DNA from: Tubiluchus corallicola
Taxonomy: Eukaryota > Animalia > Priapulida
Reading direction: 5' to 3'
Assembly (NCBI GenBank): GCA_030141605.1
Contig: JAQGDQ010000178.1
Span: forward strand, 372,001-436,000
DNA length: 64,000 nucleotides
The stretch's first letter is position 1. The number at the start of each line of letters is the position of its first letter. Below are positions 1 to 12,900 of this stretch, in pieces. Under the pieces are notes generated by a model. That model saw only the letters and a program-made list of their open reading frames with translations. It did no database searches and was not told the origin of the DNA. The translations under genes were made by a program, and so were the position numbers.

Positions 1-460
1 TTGTCAGTGAGTTTTGCCTTTTTCACAAACAGGATGAATCCCGTTAGGGAAAGGACAATAATGCTAAACTCGACACAATTCCAGGTCTTTTTAAAATAGC
101 TGAACTTCAGTTTGTTAAGTTGTTTTCCTTCTCTATAGATAAACACTCCAAGTAGGACAAGGTAAAAAAGTTTGCTTAATATTATTGTCCCATCTACTGC
201 ACTTGCAAATGTAACCAGGTTCAAAGTAAAAATCTGATAAAATGGAAAAATGCCGCCGGTATTACTAAATTCCAAAATCATTAGCACAATGCTGAACAAG
301 TTTGTGTTGGAGTTGAATAGAGTCATCTCGATCATCATGGCTCGAGTGCGATCATCAATCCAACGCGAATCAATCAATGAATCAATAATCAATTCATTCT
401 GTGAGCGATTGCGAGTCAATTCCATCACATAGCCACCACCACTGTAGAAAGCTAAATGTC
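1..460 (-). CDS. Duplicate of the terminal channel exon, truncated by window edge
   Basis: Aligns to 3525-3984 without indels or stops; acceptor intact. Confidence 0.65.
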
Positions 461-1567
461 CTGTAATAAAAAATGTAAATTCAGAGGACTTATTACAATG
501 CAAAACAACTAACTTTATGCCAGTGTACAGAAAACTTTGTATACCAGTGTAGAGTAAGTTTTGCCAATTATCAGTACTAGTAATGAACACACATCGACAA
601 ACTGATGAATGCAGACCAACTACTACAAGCACTCGTACAGCGGATTAACCAAAATTCAGCTGACCACAATGTTCCACTAATTAAGCGCTCAGTTGTAAAT
701 CAACATGATCGTGATTGCTTAATATAATAAGAGTAACATTTTGTATGTTTCGTCATTAATATCTGCCGTTTAATTACTCAGGGCAAAAAACCTGCAATGG
801 CATGTAGAGGTAAAACAACATAAGAGCTTAATGTTCTGAAGTCATACTGATGCAACACAACCAAATATTACGTTCGCATTTTAAGAGAATTATAAGCCTG
901 TGCGTTTGAGAATCTAGCAAGAAGAAGTTACAACAGAAACTTTTGAGTGAGTAAACAGGAGAACTGATTGTACCATTAAGTTTAGTAAATCAATGATGTG
1001 ACATCCCTCCATTTTAATTAACCTCTTCAATCCTGTATTCCAGCTGGTGCTCTGGAATATTTTATAGAAAATGAAAAGTTGCTGCTGCTTCTGTCACTGC
1101 TGTGTTATCGTGCTGCTGTTTCCCACCCTACAGCCACTGCCACCGCTGTCACGAACTACTGCTTTTTTGTAAAATATGTAAGCCCAGTGATTCATATTCA
1201 AATTGTGTCATTTATCAACCACACAATGTTGAACCAGCCACATCATATTATATGCACGAACTGGCTTGACCTATTATCTACTGTTGCCTGATGACATGAC
1301 TAAAAATCTGGCAAGATAGTTTCTAATTTGTTCTACACTGTTCTATTTCTGAGCCATTTGAATAGACAAACATTGATAAAAAGCAGAAAACAGCTTCACA
1401 GAAGGCAGCAGTCACAATTTAGGCAGACGATACAGCAATAACAGCAATCTTTTTTGCAAGTTTATCCAACTGAGTAAACAGAAGAAATGATCATTGCAGC
1501 ATTAAATTTATTGGATAAAAGATGGCTGCTATTTCAAGCTTCAGCTAATGATAACTTTTGCAGGTAC

Positions 1568-1750
1568 CTGCATAAGGTAGTGTTCGCAATTCCAATGTTG
1601 AGCGAAATGTCCAGTGGTCAGTAGGAAAAGAAGGAAATTGACGTTCACGCCATCCAGGCGAATACGGGGCAATATCCTCCCAGGGCCAAGAATAAGCAGA
1701 GACACACTTCCTTCCAAATGGTTCCATAAGATGATGTATTGAACACAAAC
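1568..1750 (-). CDS. Duplicate of the 183-nt TOP exon (copy of 5147-5329)
   Basis: Same peptide, intact tag/gt splice sites, five synonymous differences. Confidence 0.65.
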
Positions 1751-2467
1751 CTAAAATGTTAAAAAAACAGGCATATTTATTATTATACTGTCGATGAATG
1801 TATAATACTGTAAATTTAATTACACAAATTAAATTTATCTGGACAATCATATTTTTTGTCTTCTTACTGTCTCATTGCAGCCTCTTATCTTGATTAGGCA
1901 TGATCATCAAATGTTCAAGTTATCATGCTCATATTCATTCAACTGTTAAAGCTATGCTTTATCTTTACAATGCGACCAGTGAACCTTACATGGAATGCAG
2001 CAGGCATTACTGTGTTACCTAATTGCAAACAATTTTTTAATCTGAGTTAGATTCAAACCTAAAATTGTAGAGTCGTATAATTTGGCAATTAAACAACAAG
2101 CGTTCTCTATTATTATAACGTCTGAGACATGGTGCAATCAGCATGATTTCTGCGCACAATTTTTAAACAAAAATGTGTTTTTCTGCAGAACTAAATCAAG
2201 GGATATGCTTGTTCTTAATGAGGCTGTCTTTTATTAATGATTTGAAAATTTGTTTGATTATTTTTAAAAATAATTTCGATTCAGATTCCAAATCTTGAAA
2301 ATTTGTTTGATTAGAGTTCTAAAGTTAAAAGTTCGATTAGATTTGAGTTTGCTTTCTGATAGAGAATGCTTACCACAAATTTAGATTGGCCAATGACTTT
2401 GTTCTGGTCACATTTGTATAAAAAAATAAGTGGAAATGATGTAATGATTTCGTTTTACCAGAAGTTT

Positions 2468-2473
2468 TTTATT
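2468..2473 (-). promoter_or_regulatory. Candidate polyadenylation signal AATAAA
   Basis: tttatt on plus strand, ~215 nt downstream of the stop codon; common motif in AT-rich DNA. Confidence 0.3.
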
Positions 2474-2686
2474 TGAAAATAGAAGGAAAAAAATCTTGAT
2501 ACACTAACATAGCAACAGACATGCAGTTACGAGGTGATGTTTTCCCTACTGAAGCTAAGTAAGAATAAATTTACAAGTTTGTGCACTTTAAATTTTGCTC
2601 AATGACTTACATCACACAATGTGGTCAAATTGTTTGAATGATGTTACGTATTCATTACCTAATAATGTTTCTTGTCTTTGCTTCTG

Positions 2687-3984
2687 TTAAATACCAAGAA
2701 ATGCCTTTCGCTTTAAAGCAGATGTACTTGGTTCTTTGGCGAGAGAACTTGGCGTATGATCTGAAACTAACTCATCCTGTTTTAAAGCAGCTGCTCTTTG
2801 CCGTTTAACTGTGCGAGCCTGAACTAACTTATCTCGCCTTAATGCAGCTGCTCTTTGCCGTCTAACTGTGCGAGAACTTCGCTTGCTTTCTTCAGCCATT
2901 TTACAACTTCGTAAAATGTCCTCTAGGCACTCCGCCTCTGTGGATTTTTTAATCTCTCTCAGGTCTGTGTTTTCATAGATGTCTTTTGCTCTAGTTATGA
3001 GTTTAACTGTGTGGTCAAGTACCTCATAGTCATTGGCTCTTTCATCCAAGTTTTTTACAGCCATATGAAATGCTCTCATGATGATCATTCGAAACATATT
3101 CAGCAGGTAAATTGCTGCGGAAAAATTGAAAATGAAGAAAAATGCAGGTCCAAACAGAGAGTGCGCATTTTCATAATTATAAAACTTGCCTCCACTCAGT
3201 AACATGTCCATCAGTGATCCCATAGATATTAAAAACGTATTGAACTCGTAGAGAATGTAGCTAAACACAAGCATGCCAAACAATGCAAACGGCAACAGTA
3301 CTAATAACAAAATAATCGTGTAGTTAAATAGGGCATCTACAGAAAAAGCAATTGTATCCGGAAAGAGAAACATCATCTTATTAAATGACAGTATCTTCCA
3401 CAGTTTGATAGTTACCAAGACGACCAGAAAACCCAAAACATACGTTAGTGTAAAATCCCAAAATGCAGCTGTGTAAAAACTCAAGAATTTTGATTGTTCT
3501 GCCCGCTTGTTTTCTTCTAACAAATTGTCAGTGAGTTTTGCCTTTTTCACAAACAGGATGAATCCCGTTAGGGAAAGGACAATAATGCTAAACTCGACAC
3601 AATTCCAGGTCTTTTTAAAATAGCTGAACTTCAGTTTGTTAAGTTGTTTTCCTTCTCTATAGATAAACACTCCAAGTAGCACAAGGTAAAAAATTTGGCT
3701 TGATATTATTGTTCCATCTACTGCACTTGCAAATGTAACCAGGTTCAAAGTAAAAATCTGATACAATGGAAAAATGCCGCCGGTATTACTAAATTCCAAA
3801 ATCATTAGCACAATGCTGAACAAGTTTGTGTTGGAATTGAATAGAGTCATCTCGATCATCACGGCTCGAGTGCGATCATCAATCCAACGCGAATCAATCA
3901 ATGAATCTATAATCAATTCATTCTGTGAGCGATTGCGAGTCAATTCCATCACATAGCCACCACCGCTGTAGAAAGCTAAATGTC
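2687..3984 (-). CDS. Terminal exon: polycystin cation-channel domain (S2-S6) and C-terminal tail
   Basis: ORF 2687..4027; acag acceptor before 3984; [47 protein letters not shown]; TAA stop. Confidence 0.95.
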
Positions 3985-6900
3985 CTGTAATAAAAAATGT
4001 AAATTCAGAGGACTTATTACAATGCAAAACAACTAACTTTATGCCAGTGTACAGAAAACTTTGTATACCAGTGTAGAGTAAGTTTTACCAATTATCAGTA
4101 CTAGTAATGAACACACATCGACAAACTGATGAATGCAGACCAACTACTACAAGCGCTCATACAGCGGATTAACCAAAATTCAGCCGACCACAACGTTCCA
4201 CTAATTAAGCGCTCAGTTATAAATCAAAATGATCGTGATTGCTTAATATAATAAGAGTAACATTTTGTATGTTTCGTCATTAATATCTGCCGTTTAATTA
4301 CTCAGGGCAAAAAACCTGCAATGCCATGTAGAGGTAAAACAACATAAGAGCTTAATGTTCTAAAGTCACTCAACACAACCAAATATTACGTTCGCATTTT
4401 AAGAGAATTATAAGCCTGTGACTGGGGTAGTCACATAAACATTAACAATGGCATTGTTCGTTTGAGAAACTAGCAAGAAGAAGCCGTGTGCACGAGTGCT
4501 ATGTTTTTACAACAGAAACTTTTGAGTGAGTAAACAGGAGAACTGGTTGCACCATTAAGTTTAGTAGATCAATGACGTGATGTCCCTCCATTTTAATTAA
4601 CCTCTTTATTGCTGTATTCCAGCTGATGCTCTGGAATATTTTATAGAAAATGAAAAGTTGCTGCTGCTTCTGTCACTGCTGTGTTATCGTGCTGCTGTTT
4701 CCCACCCTACAGCCACTGCCACCGCTGTCACGAACTACTGCTTTTTTGTAAAATATGTAAGCCCAGTGATTCATATTCAAATTGTGTCATTTATCAACCA
4801 CACAATGTTGAACCAGCCACATCATATTATATGCACGAACTGGCTTGACCTATTATCTACTGTTGCCTGATGACATGACTAAAAATCTGGCAAGATAGTT
4901 TCTAATTTGTTCTACACTGTTCTATTTCTGAGCCATTTGAATAGACAAACATTGATAAAAAGCAGAAAAAAGCTACACAGAAGGCAGCAGTCACAATTTA
5001 GGCAGACGATACAGCAATAACAGCAATCTTTTTTGCAACTTTATCCAACTGAGTAAACAGAAGAAATGATCATTGCAGCATTAAATTCATTGGATAAAAG
5101 ATGGCTGCTATTTCAAGCTTCAGCTAAATATAACTTTCGCAAGTACCTGCATAAGGTAATGTCCGCAATTCCAATGTTGAGCGAAATGTCCAGTGGTCAG
5201 TAGGAAAAGAAGGAAACTGACGTTCACGCCATCCTGGCGAATACGGGGCGATATCCTCCCAGGGCCAAGAATAAGCAGAGACACACTTCCTTCCAAATGG
5301 TTCCATAAGATGATGTATTGAACACAAACCTAAAATGTTAAAAAAACAGGCAGTGCAAGTCAATGGAATGCATGGAAGTCACCAAGACAAACTTTTCAAA
5401 TCACACAGAGAATTTATCAAGCCCTGAACAGTACAAAGCTGTGCCTAGCTTCCACCTAGTTTTGACATTACCAACCTGGCTTTATGCGTAATTGTCTCAG
5501 TCTCACAACACCAACTAACATCGTAGTCATATCTGCAGCATATCCGTATGGTGCCTCTTCTCCATTGTACAGTGTATCTGGATGTAAGCTAGGTTGCAAA
5601 GTGTTCCGGATGTAATCCCACATGGAACTCACAGTTGATATCTATAAACAAAAGAGTATGACGGTGTGATATACAAACCAAAACGAAACTAAAGTTTATT
5701 TGAATCAAAGAAGAGCTCTCAACAAGAAAACAACAACAATCAAACAAAATTACAAACTGCTTTTTGTAATTTTTTGACCAATTTGAGCTTAATAACTTAT
5801 GACTGGTACCTAAATAATTATTATTATTAATTATAATAATTATTAACAATTTATACTGCCATAAACCATATGACAGGTTGAATGTTGAAGCAAATTCCTC
5901 TCACTTTACCTTGCAGCATAGGAGAAATTAGGTACAACATTCAATCTGTCACAGAAAAAGTTGCATTTGCAGGAATAGGTTTACATATTGTCTCAATGTA
6001 TAAGGATAGAAACAAACACGGAAAATTATCGCCAAAATCATAGCAAAACTATTAGGCATTTTTTAAAAGAAATGTACTTGCCAAGAAAAAGTTATACTTA
6101 TAAACTGCTAATTAAAAACGCATATATTGTCAACTGAAACAATATTTCAGATGGCATAGGAAAACATAAATAAATATTGTTCTGCAGTAAGGTTTTTACT
6201 GCCAGCGATGTCACTCGCAGGGACTCACATCTCATCCTGGAGGTTAGCAGAACCAGGAGAGAAATCGATTAGCACACAAATTCACGAAAGAGAAAGTTTG
6301 GCTCAAACCAGCAGAAGTAGGAGAGGCATGGATTCACACACAAATTCACAAAAGAGAAAAGTTTGCCTCAAACTAGCAGAAGCAGGAGAGGCATGGATTC
6401 ACACACAAATTCACAAAAGAGAAACTTTGGCTCAACTAGCAGAATCAGGAGAGGCACTCGCTAAACTTAGTTAACCAGTTAAATCACATGCAAATTCACA
6501 ACAATTAGTCCAAGATTGTTTTTAAAAAGACAGGAAGACCGCATTTCGGCTGAACGGGCATCTCGCTAACACAAAACACGAAGAAGTTACCCTTGAAAGG
6601 TTACTGGACTGTCATATGAATGCCTAAAACAAATGAACTCTAAAACCTTTGATGATCTGGACAGACTTATGCTGTTTTGTGTTCAACTAGCAACTACCAT
6701 ACTCAAGGATTCAACTGTAGCACATGTATTTATCAACTTTGTAGTTTTAGACAGGCAAGAATTCGAATTTGACCAATCACAGAGTTCAGGATATGTGAAT
6801 TACAAGTAGGTAGGTTAAGGGGCCTTAAATTAGAAAGGGTGATTTATTTTGTTGTAGTACTAAAGTAACCTACAGAACAGTCACTGTAGCATTGATCACG

Positions 6901-9900
6901 AAGGTAGAGGGACTAGAAAAGAGATGTCAAATGCAGATTGGCCGAAACACCTCCCTCCAACATTTATTTATGTAAAAGCTTAATGAAAGATACCTACATC
7001 GGTAAAGTTCGTACTTCTCACATAAGATGCATTGATGACTACATCCTCTACAGTTCTAGTCACCATGTACGACCTAGAAAATGTAAAAGTACAGTGAATC
7101 CTCGCTTTATGCCCCCCAAATTAGCGACGTTTCATTTTAACAATACTAAACATTTGAATGACTTAACAACTCTTGTTTCATTTTAACGACAACTTTTTTA
7201 CTTTGCTCACATCCATTTTTTACCTTATCAACAACATTACTACCTAATTTATAGCAATACAACGGTACACATTGCATTATTATGTTCTAAAAATGCACTA
7301 ATAATAGAAAACAGAACAATTATTGTTATTATGTCTTTGCTTTGCGACTGACTGCTAAATGCTAGCCATATGTATAAAACGTTTTTTAACATTTTATTAC
7401 AAAGTTTTAATAAAAGTTGAATCTGTTAAGTTTTTTGGTATTTCAAAGTATTGGTCTTCTCATATGCCAATAAAACTTCAAAGAAGCCTATGAAATGTAT
7501 TATCAAAAGACTGTTTGTCATAAACTGCTTAAAGAAGTGTATGACTTGTGAAGGGTCAGTTTAAATCACAATTACAAAATAACTTCCAAAAGAAGTTGTA
7601 TCGTGTTTTATGAAACACCGTTCAACACATTTTTATTTTTGTGAACAGATTAAACCTTCATATTAGGCAGGTGTAATTAAAAAAAGTTTAAAAACGACAC
7701 TACATCTGTTGCATCTCTATTATCATAAAGGCCAAGTAGGGGTACTTTGCCAGAATTATTTACCCACCTTGCATCACGGAAATTATAGACAATAACAGAC
7801 AAACTTGCTATGAAACATAGGAAGAGAATAATCTCTTTAAGAATCGCATTAATTTCGTTGGTGTAATTCTTATTCTCCCGTGCAACCACTACAAACTTTT
7901 TATCAGGAGGCATGTACATGTAATGCTTTTGTCTGTATCTCGAGTTCCTATGCAAAAAATATGTTTGAATTAGGCTAATTAACAAAACCATTATAATCTA
8001 GTCTGTTACCAAAAATGGGGGACTGACTGGACATAGCTGCCAAACTTTCAAGAAGGCCTGATTCTTAGCCCTTTCTTACAGCATTTTGGACATGGACAGT
8101 TTTATAAAATTTCGCATTTTGGCCCGCTGTCCCGGGACACTAAAAAGTAAAAAAATGATCCTGCACTTTGGAGGTTTATAACTCCAAAACGTTCACAGAT
8201 AGACACTTGGTTGCTATTAGGGACGAATAGGAGCTTACATGTGAGCTGTTCTTTAGTAATATTATTAGTGTTTTGGAACACACAAAGTGGCCAGATTACA
8301 TCATCAATGCCCTTGAATCCATTTCACAAAATCAATAGTCCGGTCTGTTACCCAAAAAACGAGCTCTTAGCTTCGTACTAGATGACAAAATGCTATATAT
8401 TAGGTATGTTGCATGAATAGTGGCTCACAGATAATTAACTACATTGACATTCCAGAAGTTTAAACATGGGCACTCTCACTCATGTTTAACACGGGATGGA
8501 CAGGAACGATTAAGACAACGCCGGCCCTAACTCTAATTCAGCACACCTCAAAAATATAAAGAAAAATACCATGATGGAAAAACTACTCATTGGAAAACTT
8601 TGTCCCGGAGGTCAATCTGCTCCCGGATCGGGGAATGAGCCCCAGCCATGGCAGGGATGACAGGCAAGTTTTACAATAAATACAAATTATACAATTTTGT
8701 TAAACTAAACTGCAGTGCTTACATAAATATGATACTGCCCAAGTTTGAAATGAAAATAGCTTTACAAACCTTTTATAAGCATCAAGCCATTCTTTTTGCA
8801 GATAAGTATTTAAATTCAATAGTGATGTGTCAAAATGTCTTTCCTCAACCTCAACTGATGGCTTTTTGAAAATAAGTGCCGTTAAAGCAGCAACAACAAG
8901 AACTTTACCAGGTTGAAGTACAAAAATACTTTGAAATATCCCAGTTATCATAGAGATCAGCCAGTCTACACTTTTCCTGTATCCGTACTTCAGACCATAG
9001 AGCATAACCAGGTATGAACAGATAAGACAGGTGCTAATTACAAGAAACCATCCAATGTATAAACACCACCAGGGGAGTTGAAATGTTCTCTGGGGCTTTG
9101 GCTGAAGTTCAGAACGAGCTTTTCCCACATCTTGATAACTTATATGTGAAAAACTTTTCATCATTGAAGCAAATTGTTTAGAATTGACTTCCGAATTTTT
9201 CAGGTTACTCGCACAGTCTTTTATGCTTGTTACCTAAATTATACCAACAAATATTTGAATAAATTACACCAATCTCCCATTTTCTGGAAACAGATAGTAA
9301 CTCCACTTCACCTAGCTTTAAAAAAAACGATAAATGCCAAGAAGCAACGGTTTAATTCTTACAGTACCTAGTTGACTTTTTGGCTGGGCCGTATTGTGTT
9401 TTTCACATTTCACAATAGCTTTTTGTTGTGTGTTACTAAAACAGAATCTTGTAAATAAACAAATAGTCATATTAATCAAATAGTGTTAATAAACACTAAT
9501 ATTGAATATGAGTTTTATTTGTATGCGCGCACACACATACGTGCACATCTGCATGCACTCAAGAACCTTGACAAATAAGCAAGGTTATATTTAGAAACCA
9601 ATTTTCACAGCAGTCATAATATTAATCCATGTTATGTGATCATTTTATATGAAATGCAGAACAAGCTGCTAAACATACGTTTCACCATGCCTGGTGAATG
9701 TTACTTGTTGCAAAGCCATTGGAATCCCAAGGCTGTTAAACATTTCTACATGTTTTTGCACGGCTGTAGCAGCAAAATAAACAGACCTGAGTGACTGCGC
9801 TTAGAGCTGAGCTGAGCTTTGGCAGCAGTCTACTGCCTTCCGTCCCTTATACGAAAAATATAGGCAGCAGTGTGCCACCTTCTGTAGTGAAAGGGTTAAC

Positions 9901-12900
9901 GAAGTACCTTTAAATGTGAAATGAATACCCACTAAAAGGTATCTCATTAATTTGTAAAAATAAATAAATAAATATTTAAAGTAATTTTCAAATTGCAGAC
10001 TTGCTAGGTCGCATTTGCAAATAGCGTACTGCACATGTTGCTTGTTTTCAAAAAGCGGGAAATGCTAGCTTCCCTCATGCGCTCAAGCGAGACAGGGTTG
10101 TCAAACGCCGCAGATATGCAGCATTGCAAACATTTCCGATCTGTCGTGATTAACCCTCTAAAGGGTTGAACAGCCTAGCCATTAACCTGGTGCATGATTG
10201 CAAAGCGTGTTGTGATTGGCTGAAATGGATGCTTCTGTGGAGTTAGCCAGTGCCCGATTTACAGGGGACATAGAGGGCAATTGCCCCGGTGGTAACATGC
10301 AAAAACTTGTATGTGGTGTGGTTAAATTGCGTTTGCTCTCGCTTTTATTGAGGTGCGATATATAAACGTATCTGCTAGGTTGCTAGTTAGGTACCGACTA
10401 CGTTGGCATCTCAGGTCAGACGGCTAGTTTTGATAATGAACTAAATTCCAGATCTAGTGCAAGTGCAAAACTGTAAAAAATCTTAATTAACCATTTTCGT
10501 TGGTTTTTAATCATACGCAAAAGGTCATCGCAAGTTTACCTGCATCACATACTTCAGTCCAAACATTTTTTCTAGGAACGTCTCTTCTTTCTGTTTAAAT
10601 ATGCGCCTATACGTTCTAACGATTGTCCTTATAATATCGCTAAATGTAAAAAAATCAGATATCAATGTTACTCGCAATCGAATTCAGACTACAAAACTTG
10701 CCTGACAATTTTAATTTATAGCAGTGGTGACAAAATATGTTTTAAGTGAAGCAGGATGGTTTTGACACACATGAAAAAGGCCACTGAACTGATTAGAATC
10801 CCCAAATCCAAATATGAAATTTCTTCGTACTTCTTAAAATAGACTTGAAATATTAACGACACAGCGACAATTATCGTCAAAAGTCTACCACTTCAATGAT
10901 TATTTATCCTACAGTCAAATTCCTGTAACACGATTTGGCTTATGACGAAACTCTCAGCAGTATGATAATTTTATTATGCCCCAAGGTTATAATAAAACCT
11001 ATGTAATCACTTATGCTTAATACAAAACTCGTTACCCCGCAACCCCATTTTATACGATGATTTCTCAAAGCCTGCCAATATGAGTTCAATATAAAAACGG
11101 TTGTAATAAGATTTCTGCTGCAAGTTAAACAAGCGTAAGTTATGTTCATCGATCAGAAGATAAACAATATAGAGACTATCAGCATCATAATATAAGCCAT
11201 TTCACATTAGAAATGACATTAGGAGTTAATAAAAGTGTACAATGGATAGTACAAAACACGCTTAATATGAAAAATCCTGGATCTGATGAAAAAACGCATT
11301 TGACTGCATATTTAAAAATACTTAAGCAGCTAATTATCTAGTTAATTACACGATTCTTTCCAGTTATAAGTTTTATAACAGTATTGCTACATTAAATGCC
11401 ATGATTTACATTGCTCTGATTACAAAAGAAAATCCTGTCTCTAGCTATATCATTATTCCATAGCAATGCACACTTCTTCTTCTGTTGGTCTAAACAGCTT
11501 GGACATTGAGCCTCTATCCTTTATTAGAGCACCCCACTATTTCCTACAGCTCCTTTCTGCAGCTACAATTTTCAACTCCTGTGATGCTATTGTCACGTTT
11601 AGTCTTAGCTGTTGTAAATCTTTATTAATTCTTGATATCCAAGTTGTTCTTGGTTTTGCCTGGATGTCGTTTAGCAGGTTTCAGTGCCTCGTTTAATGCT
11701 AATCTTACTGGTATTATGCTATTGTCACATTTGTTCTCAGAGGCTGTAAATCTTTATTAATTCTTGATATCCAAGTTGTTCTTGGTTTTGCCTGGATGTC
11801 GTTTAACATTAGCAATTTAAAATAGTAAAGATTAACTGTTACGTGTCATTAAGAACTAATAATCAAAATACCTCCTTATTTCTTCTATACAAGGTTATAA
11901 GAAATAATTATTAACAATTACCTCCACAGTGTACTCTCATCTGAAACACTGCCAGCCAAATATAATCCCTCGTAATCTAGCTGCCTTCTGCTGAGCCGAA
12001 ATATATAAACGATAATGAGGTTAATGGGAAGTACCACCAAGCTACTGGTTAAACCTACAAAAAATCAATAAAAACATTCATGGAAACCATAACCGAGCAG
12101 CCCATCAGATGTAGTACTACATGAATCACGGAGCATGTAAAAACATTTACAAATTAATGTTCGTATTATTTAATAATAATACCCGAGCAAAAGAAATAAT
12201 AATGGAAGCAATTTTTACATAAAAACAAAGTATTTAATTACAGTCAAACCTTGTTGCAATGCCAACCTCACATTATGTCAAAATTTTTAGCAAGACACAA
12301 TATCTATATTTGCCCATAAAAACAACGTATTTAATTACAGTCAAACCTTGCTGCAATGCCAACCTCACTTTATGTAAAAATTTTTAGCAAGACACAATAT
12401 CTATATTTGCATAGACGTGTATGTATTAATGCATCTCATTTCATGCAAGTACACTTTTTGGTGAACCAAGTGGTGCACACTGGGATGGTGGTGCTCTGCT
12501 GTTTTATCATGTGGTGCAAGTATTTCAAATTATGAAGAATTTGTCTAGTTATGCAAGTCTTTCAAACAGGAACGTAAGCATAATGCCAAGTAAAATAACT
12601 TTATATGGGAAGTTTTTTTGAGACATCCTTTAAAATTTCGTTTTTTTCTCCCTTAAAGTTCATTATGTTTACAATACAGCAGTTGTATGGCAGTAACAGT
12701 CCACTTTAGGTAGCGACTGAGTTATATAACATGTTTATTTTAGATACAAAAATTGCATTGGCAGATGGTGGTATTTTCTGTGGTACTTGAATTTTCTGTG
12801 ATACATTACGAATACTAGGCATAACCACCAAAAATGCATTATGGTGCAACTGGTATTACAATGATGTACAATAAGGTTTGATTGTAAGACTATTCGTAAC

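Larger units (their letters stand above)
1..5352. repeat. Tandem segmental duplication, unit about 3.58 kb (1-1773 matches 3525-5352)
   Basis: Direct alignment by eye; homology ends after aaacaggca at 1773/5352. Confidence 0.95.

Noticed and set aside
1079-1291. Signal-peptide-like ORF, identical at 4658-4870
   Set aside because: TTG start, intronic, identity explained by the segmental duplication
7677-7767. ORF extension past the S1 exon ([12 protein letters not shown]...)
   Set aside because: The next exon (7073) is open only in phase 2, which requires the gtgggt donor after 7768
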